From a virus: a stretch of DNA of 64,000 nucleotides. The notes under the pieces were generated by a model. That model had not been told where the DNA came from. It saw only the letters and a program-made list of their open reading frames with translations, and made no database searches. The stretch lies in IMG/VR virus record IMGVR_UViG_3300025096_000004, positions 1-64,000 of that record, one strand, 5' to 3'. The number at the start of each line of letters is the position of its first letter. The first letter of the stretch is position 1. Position numbers and translations under genes: made by a program. Positions 44,059 through 53,625 of this stretch are shown piece after piece.

Positions 44059-44087
44059 AATATAACTTGCTTTTGTAATCTTGTCAA
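44059..44087 (-). promoter_or_regulatory. Minus-strand sigma70-like promoter (antisense)
   Basis: TTGACA-17-TATATT reading leftward into ORF 43002-44051. Confidence 0.6.
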
Positions 44088-44104
44088 GGATAAAATGTAA
44101 AAAA

Positions 44105-44470
44105 ATGGCTTGGAAAAAGAAACTTAGCTCATATCAAGGGAAGAACAAGGATTATTCATTCAGAAATAAATTAAAAAAAGATAAAAAACTGAATGATACA
44201 TTTGAATCTATATTAAGTTCTTTAACATTAGAAGAGATTATATCTTTAAAGTTAGAATTATCTTCTTCTTATATTAATAATAGATTATATAATATACCTA
44301 TATATAATAGTTTAATATATATAGTAAAAGAAGCATGTCTGAAATATGCACTCTCCGCATGTCGAACTAAGGGAGATGCTGCTCGGATGCTTGGATTGTC
44401 GAAGGCTAATTTTCAGACAGAATTGAAGAAATTCGGAATCAGACAAAAAAAACTTGAAGAAAGTACTTGA
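44105..44470 (+). CDS. Fis-type helix-turn-helix protein
   Basis: KEACLKYALSACRTKGDAARMLGLSKANFQTELKKFGI matches the Fis-family (HTH_8) pattern. Confidence 0.7.
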   Translation: MAWKKKLSSYQGKNKDYSFRNKLKKDKKLNDTFESILSSLTLEEIISLKLELSSSYINNRLYNIPIYNSLIYIVKEACLKYALSACRTKGDAARMLGLSKANFQTELKKFGIRQKKLEEST

Positions 44471-44495
44471 CAACTTCTCAGTTATAGGTTATATT
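44467..44495 (+). promoter_or_regulatory. sigma70-like promoter without box
   Basis: TTGACA-17-TATATT. Confidence 0.75.
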
Positions 44496-44512
44496 ATATA
44501 TACTGGATTACT

Positions 44513-44791
44513 ATGGGAGGTAAGATGACAGTAACTGTAGATGATATTATAAAGAAATATAAAAACAAGAAAGGTGATATAGAGTCTGAAACGATACTAA
44601 TTGATAATAATTACGAGCGGAAAGCCAATGGAACAGTATCTGTTTGGGGATGCACAGCAGATATTGCGAATATAGCGGCAAGATGTAGAGACCAAATTGT
44701 CTCCATCCGCGATGATGCTGATGGTTGTTCTCTAGAAATCAATAGAAAGGCATTCAGAGGCGTTTTATACGCCTTTCGGAATGTAAAATGA
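44513..44791 (+). CDS. Hypothetical protein
   Basis: ORF after the promoter. Confidence 0.55.
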   Translation: MGGKMTVTVDDIIKKYKNKKGDIESETILIDNNYERKANGTVSVWGCTADIANIAARCRDQIVSIRDDADGCSLEINRKAFRGVLYAFRNVK

Positions 44792-45666
44792 GTTATGGCA
44801 AAAGAATAACTTGGCTTAATGATATAAAAAAATCTCAGCAGACTTCTGAGTGGGAGTTACCCCACCCAAAAAATATTATTTTGTTTGATATGGATGGGAC
44901 GTTGACTGCTCCAAGACAATCTTTTGATATGAATCTTTTGCAGCCTCTCCGAAAACTTTCTGAGATTGCTGATATTGGGATAGTATCAGGATCAGACTTC
45001 GATTATATTAAAGAACAATTGCATTATCTGCTTTTTAAATCAGAAATAAGATTTAAACTGCATTTATTGCCTTGCAATGGTACAAAATACTATGCACCAC
45101 CTACTTTTTCAACAGATCAATATATTTTGTCTCACAAAGTTAATATGAAAGAAGAAATAGGATCGCTGTCTTTTCATCAAATGATGAAAATTCTAACATC
45201 ATTGCAGAGTCATATAGCAGAGTTGGGAATCCCACTATCAGGAAATTTTATTCAATATAGGGGTTCCATGATTAATTGGTGTCCTATAGGTAGGAACGCT
45301 TCTCTTGAAGAAAGAGAACAATTTGTCAAGCGCGATCTTGAGTCAAATATTCGGAAAGACTATTTGCGGAGATTAAAGAGAAAACTCTCTCTTTCTAATA
45401 TGGATAAAAAAATAACTTGTACTTTGGGAGGAGAAACAAGTTTTGATATTTATCCAAATGGGTGGGATAAAACCTATGCCCTGCAACACTTTGAACATCA
45501 AGATGTTTGGTTTGTCGGTGATCGATGTGAAGATGGCGGAAACGATCAAGCTTTATATGAAGTTTTGATCAACAAGGGTCGATCCTATAAAACAAAAGGG
45601 CCAAAAAATACTAGAGAAATTATTGATGTAATAGGTCAACATTTATTAAACTTGGAAGATGAATGA
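44788..45666 (+). CDS. Phosphomannomutase, eukaryotic-type (HAD-IIB)
   Basis: LFDMDGTLTAPR, VSGSD, MINWCPIGR.AS.EER, GGETSFDIYPNGWDKTYAL, FVGD....GGND. Confidence 0.9.
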   Translation: MSYGKRITWLNDIKKSQQTSEWELPHPKNIILFDMDGTLTAPRQSFDMNLLQPLRKLSEIADIGIVSGSDFDYIKEQLHYLLFKSEIRFKLHLLPCNGTKYYAPPTFSTDQYILSHKVNMKEEIGSLSFHQMMKILTSLQSHIAELGIPLSGNFIQYRGSMINWCPIGRNASLEEREQFVKRDLESNIRKDYLRRLKRKLSLSNMDKKITCTLGGETSFDIYPNGWDKTYALQHFEHQDVWFVGDRCEDGGNDQALYEVLINKGRSYKTKGPKNTREIIDVIGQHLLNLEDE

Positions 45667-46019
45667 AATCGGATGATAATAATTATTTTTTGAACATGAT
45701 TGTGAGAATATTGGAAGATGGTATATATTTGGGTGAAATTTCATCTTCAAAGGAATACTTAGATGATATAGCTAATTTTTTTAATCAAGATGGAAATCTA
45801 TATTGTAAGTTTGACTATAAAACTTTGGTTATTGAAGATTCAATGTGTAATCCAATTTTAAATTTGGTGATTAGAAGCAATACTTTATATATCTTACCTT
45901 CAATAGAAGATAATTTCTTTTCTTGTTTTGTTAAGATCATCTCTTATGTCTCCACCCCAAAGAGAAAGAAGAAAAATGTCAAAAAAGAAATCGACGAAAA
46001 AGAATTTGAATGGATTTAA
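45663..46019 (+). CDS. Hypothetical protein
   Basis: ATGA overlap. Confidence 0.5.
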   Translation: MKSDDNNYFLNMIVRILEDGIYLGEISSSKEYLDDIANFFNQDGNLYCKFDYKTLVIEDSMCNPILNLVIRSNTLYILPSIEDNFFSCFVKIISYVSTPKRKKKNVKKEIDEKEFEWI

Positions 46020-46044
46020 GAATCTCAAACGTGGGAGAAAAATA

Positions 46045-46371
46045 ATGAAAATATTTTATTTAAAAAGGGTTGAAGATGAATCTGGCGTGTCCGGAACAGG
46101 CCGCATTGCTCAAGGGTTTATTTTTGATAATGGAAAAGTTGCCCTGACTTGGCTTTCAGAACACCCTTCTGTTACGGTTTACGATAGTATAGGCGAGGTC
46201 CGCGCTATTCACGGCCACGGTGGCAAAACAGAAGTTATTATGGAACCTGACTATAAAAGGGCATATAACGAAGTGAAGAGCTTTGTTGACAACTTTAAAC
46301 TGGAGGATGTTATGAAAGATAAACTCCCTGTTGAAGGTTCCGCCGCCAAACTATTAAAGGAGAAAGAATGA
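46045..46371 (+). CDS. Conserved-looking hypothetical protein (DESGVSGTG)
   Basis: GGGAG SD. Confidence 0.65.
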   Translation: MKIFYLKRVEDESGVSGTGRIAQGFIFDNGKVALTWLSEHPSVTVYDSIGEVRAIHGHGGKTEVIMEPDYKRAYNEVKSFVDNFKLEDVMKDKLPVEGSAAKLLKEKE

Positions 46372-46799
46372 ATAAAAAAATGATAGCAATAAGTGGGGGA
46401 TTTGACCCCATTCATGTTGGTCACATCCGCATGATAGAAGAGGCATCAAAGCACGGGTCTGTTCTTGTTATCCTTAATTCTGATGATTGGCTTCAAAGAA
46501 AGAAGGGTTATGTGTTTATGGCGTGGAAAGAACGAGCATACATAATGGGAAATATCAAGGGTGTTTCTGTAGTAACAAATGTAGATGATTCCGATGATAC
46601 AGTGTGTCAAGCTCTCCGTCGACACAAGCCAGATGCATTTGCAAATGGCGGAGATCGCAAATCCAATAACACACCAGAAATGCAACTATGTAGCGACCTT
46701 GATATAGAATTGTTATGGAATATTGGCGGTGAAAAGGTTCAATCTTCTTCCGAGTTGGTTACCAACAGTCAAAACCAAAAAGGAGCAAAGCATGTCTGA
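46368..46799 (+). CDS. Cytidylyltransferase-like nucleotidyltransferase
   Basis: SGGFDPIHVGH (HxGH), ANGGDR, QSSS. Confidence 0.88.
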   Translation: MNKKMIAISGGFDPIHVGHIRMIEEASKHGSVLVILNSDDWLQRKKGYVFMAWKERAYIMGNIKGVSVVTNVDDSDDTVCQALRRHKPDAFANGGDRKSNNTPEMQLCSDLDIELLWNIGGEKVQSSSELVTNSQNQKGAKHV

Positions 46800-47046
46800 A
46801 AAATATAATCCCGGCGGAGCGGATAGGTTGTTGGATCGAGTGGAAAAAGACAAAACTGGTAAAATAAAAAAACTAGTTCTAATGTTGATGGATTCTGTGA
46901 AACGATTATCTATGGAGGGTATTCCGATTGATGAAATTGCCGCGACGACTACAATGGCATGGTACATCGGTCAAAACCCAGAAATGGAAAATATTGTACA
47001 AGCGTTCGCAAATTTGGACCAATCTGATGAAAATAATTATAATTGA
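46792..47046 (+). CDS. Hypothetical protein
   Basis: AGGAG SD. Confidence 0.55.
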   Translation: MSEKYNPGGADRLLDRVEKDKTGKIKKLVLMLMDSVKRLSMEGIPIDEIAATTTMAWYIGQNPEMENIVQAFANLDQSDENNYN

Positions 47047-47050
47047 ACAC

Positions 47051-47077
47051 AAAGGAGGGAGAAATCTCTCCTTTTTT
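47051..47077 (+). terminator. Rho-independent terminator
   Basis: GGAGGGA-GAAA-TCTCTCC followed by T6. Confidence 0.8.
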
Positions 47078-47109
47078 GCTATTTAGAGTATGATATAAGA
47101 GGAATTTAG

Positions 47110-47721
47110 ATGTCCACTGCCATGAGATTGATAATGGAAGGTTGGCGAGAGTTTTCTATTTTGGAATCAATTCTTGCTGAAGATAAAAAAGCAACACAAA
47201 TGAACATTGACCAGCTTGCTGATGTTCAAGCAAAATATGCAAAAAATCCAGAAATCCAAAAGAAAATATATATCGCCTTAACTTCAGACCCAGAGGTGCA
47301 AAAGCTCGCAGCTTTTCTCGTAAAATCTATCGAATCCGGAGTTGAAAGTTCTGAAGAGATTTCTGGCGATGCTGCTACAGATCTCGAATCAGCCGGACTC
47401 CAAGAGGGATTGGGAGATTTTGTTCAAGCAATCACTGATGCGATGGTCCTCGCCGGCGCTGGAGAAATGGAAGCTGCTTTGCGCTCTGTTGGTTTAGGTA
47501 TGATTGCGGATGCAAATCCAAAAATTATTGGAGCAGCAGTGCTGGCCATCACCGCCGGGGCGTCGTTAACCGGCGCCATAGACCCTCTTGATGCAGTTAA
47601 ATTGGCAGGTATCGGTGGCAAAATTGCAGTTGGCGGCATTGACAGCGCAACACCAGAAGATTTTGCTGATATTGCCACTTCAGCCTCCGGCCTCGAGGGT
47701 GGCAAGAAAGCAGAACAATAA
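47110..47721 (+). CDS. Ala/Gly-rich protein with MRLIMEGWREF leader
   Basis: Shared leader; hydrophobic A/G-rich C-terminal half. Confidence 0.7.
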   Translation: MSTAMRLIMEGWREFSILESILAEDKKATQMNIDQLADVQAKYAKNPEIQKKIYIALTSDPEVQKLAAFLVKSIESGVESSEEISGDAATDLESAGLQEGLGDFVQAITDAMVLAGAGEMEAALRSVGLGMIADANPKIIGAAVLAITAGASLTGAIDPLDAVKLAGIGGKIAVGGIDSATPEDFADIATSASGLEGGKKAEQ

Positions 47722-47738
47722 CCTTTGGAGTGTAAAAA

Positions 47739-50700
47739 GTGAATATAGCTAAACAACTAATTGAAAGTGCCGTAAATGAACTTATGGAAGAATATAATCT
47801 AGATGAAGGACCACTTGCCGACCGAACCAAGGCCGCCGCATCAGAAAAATATCCAGATGCCGCAGACAAAGATCTAGAAGATGCGGGCATTGAATCAGAA
47901 AAAGAGGAGGCCGCACCCGAAAAAGAAGATCCAAATATAAAAATTCTTAAAGAGTTGATTCAAATATTGTCTCAAAAAGACCCATCCGTCATTGCCACAG
48001 AACTCAAAACCGATGCAAAAAAAGAACAATTCGACAAAATCCAAAATGCCATCGAAGCTCTCGGGGGTCTTGAAAAAATAATGTCTGATCCCAACCTTGA
48101 GGCCAAGCCAAAAAAATTGTTGCAGCAATTCGCCCAAGCATTGGCTCAAGCCCCAGACCAAGAGACTTCCAAAGAGGTAGAGAGGTGGTTTGCCAACAAT
48201 GATCCCGATGGTGCATTTTTAAAACTACTAGACGATAAGGAAAAAGAAGCATTTTCAACCTTATTTTCAATCTTGCTCAAAGGTAAGGTTATATCTGAAG
48301 ACAGCTTCATAGACACAATTGATAACAGCCCAATTGACCGGATGAAATTTCTTGTGGCATTAAGGGATGTCGGCGGTCCTGCCGCCGAGATTATTAAAAA
48401 TGCTTTAATAAAGCCAGAAACCGCCAAGGCGTTCATCGCAATGATGAAATATAGCAAAGGTGAGGCAACCCCTGCCGAAAAACCAGAAGATGCTGCTGAA
48501 ATAGAAGAGTTGAGTGATGAAGTTAAAAAGATTGTTGAGGAACTCAATGCGGCCAAAATCGCATTACAACCTCAACAAATTAAAGTAATCCAATCAATAT
48601 ACAACACAATAAAAGAATACGCTTCGACATTACAAGAAGTAGGAGACCTTCCTCAAGTCAGAGACCCGGGTGATCTCCCACAGGTTAAAAAAGAACCATC
48701 CGGTGAGATGGCAAAAGATGTTTTATTGGGTTTTATTTTCAATATTATCCAAGATGAGGACAAATCAGTTGAATTGTTTAAAAAAATTCAACCAGATATC
48801 CGACAAGAGTTTAAAAAGATCCTATCCAACTCCGCCGCACAGGATATTCTGAAAAAAGGATTTGAGGGCATCTCATCAAAACAGCCACAAGATCCAGAGA
48901 AGAAAAAATCACCCGCATCTCTGGGCGCCACAAAACCAGAAAATATTGATGCAGTCGAGGGGCTTGTTGAAGCTCTCGACGAGTTCATGGGCCAACCCCC
49001 CGGAAGCGAACCAAATTTTTCTTTTCCAGAATCTAACCTGTTAAAGGATCAGGGTGTCATGCTTATGGGGTTGTTTTCTAAAATTCGCATTCTTTTGGGC
49101 ATGCCAACAATTGAAGCTCACAAGGCTTTGTTGGCGATTAATAGAAGAAACACAGGACCAGATCAGGAATCTCCCGGAAAACCGGCACCAGAGCAAGATA
49201 CTTCAAAGCCCGAATCTTCGCCTCCTGCTCCCAAGAGAGATGATATTTATGAAGCGAAGGAATTGGCACCCAACGAGGTAGAACCCAAAAACTTGGTTAT
49301 TCTTCGGGATTACATTAAGGAAGCAATAACAACGGTTCAAATTTATCTTGAAACTGCCAAAGAAGGCAAAAAAGGTTCAGAAGAATTGTATAGTAAATAT
49401 GGAAATGTTCTTGGACAAGACGCTTGGGATCCAAAAAAGGTTCTATATCAGATTAATTTGAAAAATATTATAAATCTATGTAATGCTTTTATTACACATC
49501 TTGATACGATTATGAAGAAAGCAGATGTCGAAGAAGAACCTCTTCAAGAGGCCCAAGCTGTTCCCTTTGCTCAAATTGTAAAAGAGGTCGAATCTGTATT
49601 CAATTTTGTTGTAGAACAGGGCACCCAATTGAAAAAGATGATTGCTGACCATGCTGTTGAGACCAAAGGAGATGAAAAGCCCGCCGCTAAGCGCGATGCA
49701 CTCTATGAAGCCGAAGAAGACAAGAATATAGCCGATCCGGCAGTGAGAGCGTCCCAAGCCGCATCCTTGGCATCCTTCGACGTTCAACTTGTTGAACCTC
49801 AAGTCGATGCAATTCGTAAAACAGGCCAAGCAATCCATGATCAACTTGATTCAATAAAACAGCATTTTCCATTGGTCAATCCTTTTGATTCAGATCTATA
49901 TGGAACCAAGGGTTTCGAAGATGCTATCAATAAATTAAAAAGTCTTTTGAAGGATATCGTAAATATTTCGGGACAAATTAGCAGTGCCCAAAGTTTCGCC
50001 GAGGTCACCCCAGCCGCGAAGAAAGTTTTATATGACACTCTTGAACGGATTGTTAAAAATATCAAAGATACCTTCACCGGTGGGTTTGATAAACGCCCAG
50101 CGGTCAATAATGAAACAGACTCCAAAGATTTTGAAGACAAGGCACCCCAAATTGGTGGAGATGAGGCAGAAACTGAAGACCCCGGAGAAGAGGGGACTGA
50201 AGATGATGAGTTATCACAATATCTCACTCAAGAAGAAAAATTTTATAAAAGAATACTGGGCATAAGAGACCAATTTAGAAAAGACGGCCTAAAGGGTATG
50301 GATATCGAGGAAGCCGCAATCAAAGATCCGATAAAATACCTCGGAGATTTAAGAATAAAGATTGAAGAATATGAGGCCAAACTAAAAGAAGATGATATAA
50401 AAGCGGATAAATTTACTTTTCGACAAGCAATGAAGGTCTATGAGCAGTATCTTGAAAGATATATTACTGTTTATGAACAATTTAAAGAAGGTAACCTTGA
50501 GGTTTCATTTGCCCAAACTCCAGAAGAAATAGCCGGTGTTTGGTTGAATGAAAAACAACTAGAATTTCTTAAGGGTGTGATGGAAGAATATGCCAACTTT
50601 CACGAAGCGGTTACTCAGTTCAATTTATCCGTCAAAGGCGGGAAACCAAGCGCCCAAACCGTTGGTAGAATTATGGATGTCCTTCAGGTCGCCGGTGGCA

Positions 50701-52271
50701 AAGCTGGAAAAGTAACAACACTACCTGCTGTCGTCACTTCTGCCGAAAAGGAGAATAGAACGACAAAAGCAACACAAGAAAGACAAAAAGAACGTGCGCT
50801 AAAGTCTAAGAAAAATATAGCCTCGCTATTTGTTTCAGGTGGTGTATCGGCACTAAAGAGAATTATAACTCCAGCCAATATTTTTGCCGCCGCCGCAGGC
50901 GTGGCTGGCGGCATCAAAGCCGCCAAAGCCCTTGGAGCTTTCGAAGAGGCTCAAGAGGAACCAACCGACCCAGATGTCGCTGACGACCTCCTAGACGATC
51001 CAGAGATGGAAAAGGCCGCAGAAGACTATGAAGCCCTTGAGGGCATAGGCAAAGAGTTTGCTGATAAGATGCAAGAGTTTGATATGAATTATCAACTTGG
51101 GGAGCACTTTAAAGAAAATATAGTCTCTTATTCAAAGGAGATTAAAAGTAAATTGGGAGTCATACAAACACATGCAAAGTTAATTCGCAGACAAGCTAGA
51201 GAACTTGCCAGTTTTATATCTGAAAATTCTGATCAAATTAGAAATAGTTTAATAAAGGTTGCCAAGATCAAACTACCCGGATTCAATCCAGAAAATGTCG
51301 CCGACATGCAAGACGAACCAAAAGGCCTCCCCGGTGAGACTGCAATTGAGGTAAAATATAAGAGGGTTTTGGATAAATATGACGGACCCCAGCGTGTTGC
51401 TTTGGAGACACTATTAAATAAATTACAAGAACTCGGCGAAGAAATGTTACAAGAGCACAAATGGCTTGCTGAAATGATTGAGCGCGAGTTGGACCTTATA
51501 CAAGAAGTATCATCATTTCCACCAAGACCAACAACTGGCCCCCACTCGGCTTCTCAAGATATTAAACAGCGTTCCGCCGAAACCGGCAAAACGTCTGATA
51601 AAGGTCGTCAAACGACAATGCGTACCAAATCCGGAGAAGAATTTGAAGAATTGCCAATGACAGATGTCGGTCCCGGCGGCAAAAAGGCGCCCCCAAGGGC
51701 CAAAACTCTAGAAGAGCTTGTCACCGCTGTTTTAGGAAAAGGAAATTTTGATAAATTGAAACAAGGCAAGCACAAACTTACAGATCAACAAATAAGCATG
51801 CTTACTGATATGTTCAACAAAGACGATAAACTGACGAAGGAGATTTTAAAAATATCAAAAAAATCGGCCCGGCGTTACCCCGATGATCGGGTCGACCGGT
51901 CGGAAGAGCGCTTCGAAGCCGCGAAAGCCATAGCGAAAGCATCAGAGATTATGAGCGTAGACAGTTTGGTTAAGAGCACCGGCTGGGAGCAGAAGTGGGC
52001 CAGACAAACTCTTGACCGCTTAGAAGATGAAGGCATCGTTGGTCCTTACAATAAAGAAAAAGGAGGCTTCCCTGTAATAAAAACCAGCAAAGATGAACCT
52101 GAAGAAGAATTTATTCAAGGTGAAGAGCCTTCCGCTGCCGACCTTGCCGCCGCAGGCCCGAATAAGCCAGTTCGTGTTGCTTCACCACGCAGGAAGATTC
52201 CTACTTCTGAGGCTCTGATGGAAAAGCTAATACCAATAATCAAAGATATGATGCGAGGCTCAAATGGCTAA
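47739..52271 (+). CDS. 1510-aa acidic protein with C-terminal FtsK-gamma-like winged helix
   Basis: Long ORF; RFEAAKAI...MSVDSL...WARQTLDRLEDEGIVGP near the C-terminus. Confidence 0.7.
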   Translation: MNIAKQLIESAVNELMEEYNLDEGPLADRTKAAASEKYPDAADKDLEDAGIESEKEEAAPEKEDPNIKILKELIQILSQKDPSVIATELKTDAKKEQFDKIQNAIEALGGLEKIMSDPNLEAKPKKLLQQFAQALAQAPDQETSKEVERWFANNDPDGAFLKLLDDKEKEAFSTLFSILLKGKVISEDSFIDTIDNSPIDRMKFLVALRDVGGPAAEIIKNALIKPETAKAFIAMMKYSKGEATPAEKPEDAAEIEELSDEVKKIVEELNAAKIALQPQQIKVIQSIYNTIKEYASTLQEVGDLPQVRDPGDLPQVKKEPSGEMAKDVLLGFIFNIIQDEDKSVELFKKIQPDIRQEFKKILSNSAAQDILKKGFEGISSKQPQDPEKKKSPASLGATKPENIDAVEGLVEALDEFMGQPPGSEPNFSFPESNLLKDQGVMLMGLFSKIRILLGMPTIEAHKALLAINRRNTGPDQESPGKPAPEQDTSKPESSPPAPKRDDIYEAKELAPNEVEPKNLVILRDYIKEAITTVQIYLETAKEGKKGSEELYSKYGNVLGQDAWDPKKVLYQINLKNIINLCNAFITHLDTIMKKADVEEEPLQEAQAVPFAQIVKEVESVFNFVVEQGTQLKKMIADHAVETKGDEKPAAKRDALYEAEEDKNIADPAVRASQAASLASFDVQLVEPQVDAIRKTGQAIHDQLDSIKQHFPLVNPFDSDLYGTKGFEDAINKLKSLLKDIVNISGQISSAQSFAEVTPAAKKVLYDTLERIVKNIKDTFTGGFDKRPAVNNETDSKDFEDKAPQIGGDEAETEDPGEEGTEDDELSQYLTQEEKFYKRILGIRDQFRKDGLKGMDIEEAAIKDPIKYLGDLRIKIEEYEAKLKEDDIKADKFTFRQAMKVYEQYLERYITVYEQFKEGNLEVSFAQTPEEIAGVWLNEKQLEFLKGVMEEYANFHEAVTQFNLSVKGGKPSAQTVGRIMDVLQVAGGKAGKVTTLPAVVTSAEKENRTTKATQERQKERALKSKKNIASLFVSGGVSALKRIITPANIFAAAAGVAGGIKAAKALGAFEEAQEEPTDPDVADDLLDDPEMEKAAEDYEALEGIGKEFADKMQEFDMNYQLGEHFKENIVSYSKEIKSKLGVIQTHAKLIRRQARELASFISENSDQIRNSLIKVAKIKLPGFNPENVADMQDEPKGLPGETAIEVKYKRVLDKYDGPQRVALETLLNKLQELGEEMLQEHKWLAEMIERELDLIQEVSSFPPRPTTGPHSASQDIKQRSAETGKTSDKGRQTTMRTKSGEEFEELPMTDVGPGGKKAPPRAKTLEELVTAVLGKGNFDKLKQGKHKLTDQQISMLTDMFNKDDKLTKEILKISKKSARRYPDDRVDRSEERFEAAKAIAKASEIMSVDSLVKSTGWEQKWARQTLDRLEDEGIVGPYNKEKGGFPVIKTSKDEPEEEFIQGEEPSAADLAAAGPNKPVRVASPRRKIPTSEALMEKLIPIIKDMMRGSNG

Positions 52272-53613
52272 AAAAAACTATGTGATTGACACATCCGTGT
52301 GTCTAACTGATGCCGATTGTATTTTGAGGTTTGGATATAATGACGTATTCATCCCCCTAAAGGTTCTTGAAGAAATCGACAAACATAAAAAACGACAAGA
52401 TTCTGTTGGATTCAATGCTCGAAAGATAATTAAACATTTTGATGCATTTCGATCAAGAGGTTCTTTGGATAAAGGCATTCGTATTGGAAAAGGTAAAGGA
52501 GTAATTAAGGTTTGTCAACCATCAAAATTGCTTCCAAAGTCTCTTGATACAAGAGTGGCGGATCATATTATACTATCATCTGCTCTTGCAATTCAACAAG
52601 AATGGGAAAAACGAAAAACCATTGTTGTATCCAGAGATATTAATATGCGGGTCATTGCCAATTCTATTGGACTTGAGTCGGAGGATTATAAAACAGAACA
52701 GGTCATCGACGATGCAGACAAACTTTATTCAGGTTTTGAACAATTGGTTGTGGATGGTGAATTAATTGATCAATTCTACGCCGGCGAAGGTATCGTTATA
52801 TCTAAAGATTTGGCAATGTCTCAAAAGTGCAAGCTTTATCCAAATCAGTTTTTGATGTTGATATCTTCATCAAACCCAAAGAAGACCGCCTTGGCAAGAT
52901 TCAAGGATTATTCCAACCCTATCGAGCCGACCAAGAAGTGGAACGGCAATTTGTCTTGGGGAATCACTCCAAGAAATAAGGAACAATCGTTCGCATACGA
53001 TTTACTATTTGATCCCAAGGTTCCGCTTGTGACTTTAATTGGAAAAGCCGGATCTGGAAAAACCTTGATGGCGATCGCCGCCGCAATGGAATTATCTCTT
53101 GACACGAAAAGAGCACTTGATTTGTCTAAAGCCCAATATAAAAAGATTGTTGTGTCTCGACCAGTCCAGCCACTTGGAAAGGACATTGGGTTTCTTCCCG
53201 GTTCAATGCACGAGAAGATGATGCCATGGCTTATGCCCATTCAAGATAATATGCAATCCATTCTTGGCGATGATCGAGCAAAACTCAAAGAATATCTTGA
53301 AACTGGACAGATTGAGATTGAAGCCTTAACTTATATTCGTGGACGATCAATTTCAAACGCCTTTATCATTATTGATGAAGCTCAAAACCTGACAGCGCAT
53401 GAGGTTAAGACCATCATCACTCGAGTTGGAGAAAACACAAAAATTGTTTTAACTGGTGACATTGAACAAATTGATAATATTTATACTAATGAGACCTCCA
53501 ATGGATTAGCATATGCGGTAGAAAGATTCAAAAATAGCCCACTTTCTGGACACATCACGTTCAAGAAGGGTGAGAGGTCACAAATAGCTACATTAGCTTC
53601 AAAGATTCTATAA
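52264..53613 (+). CDS. phoH: PhoH2-type PIN domain plus PhoH ATPase
   Basis: YVIDTSV (PIN); GKAGSGKT, IGFLPG, YIRGRS, IIDEAQN, LTGD..QID. Confidence 0.92.
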   Translation: MAKKNYVIDTSVCLTDADCILRFGYNDVFIPLKVLEEIDKHKKRQDSVGFNARKIIKHFDAFRSRGSLDKGIRIGKGKGVIKVCQPSKLLPKSLDTRVADHIILSSALAIQQEWEKRKTIVVSRDINMRVIANSIGLESEDYKTEQVIDDADKLYSGFEQLVVDGELIDQFYAGEGIVISKDLAMSQKCKLYPNQFLMLISSSNPKKTALARFKDYSNPIEPTKKWNGNLSWGITPRNKEQSFAYDLLFDPKVPLVTLIGKAGSGKTLMAIAAAMELSLDTKRALDLSKAQYKKIVVSRPVQPLGKDIGFLPGSMHEKMMPWLMPIQDNMQSILGDDRAKLKEYLETGQIEIEALTYIRGRSISNAFIIIDEAQNLTAHEVKTIITRVGENTKIVLTGDIEQIDNIYTNETSNGLAYAVERFKNSPLSGHITFKKGERSQIATLASKIL

Positions 53614-53625
53614 TAGGGGAATGTT

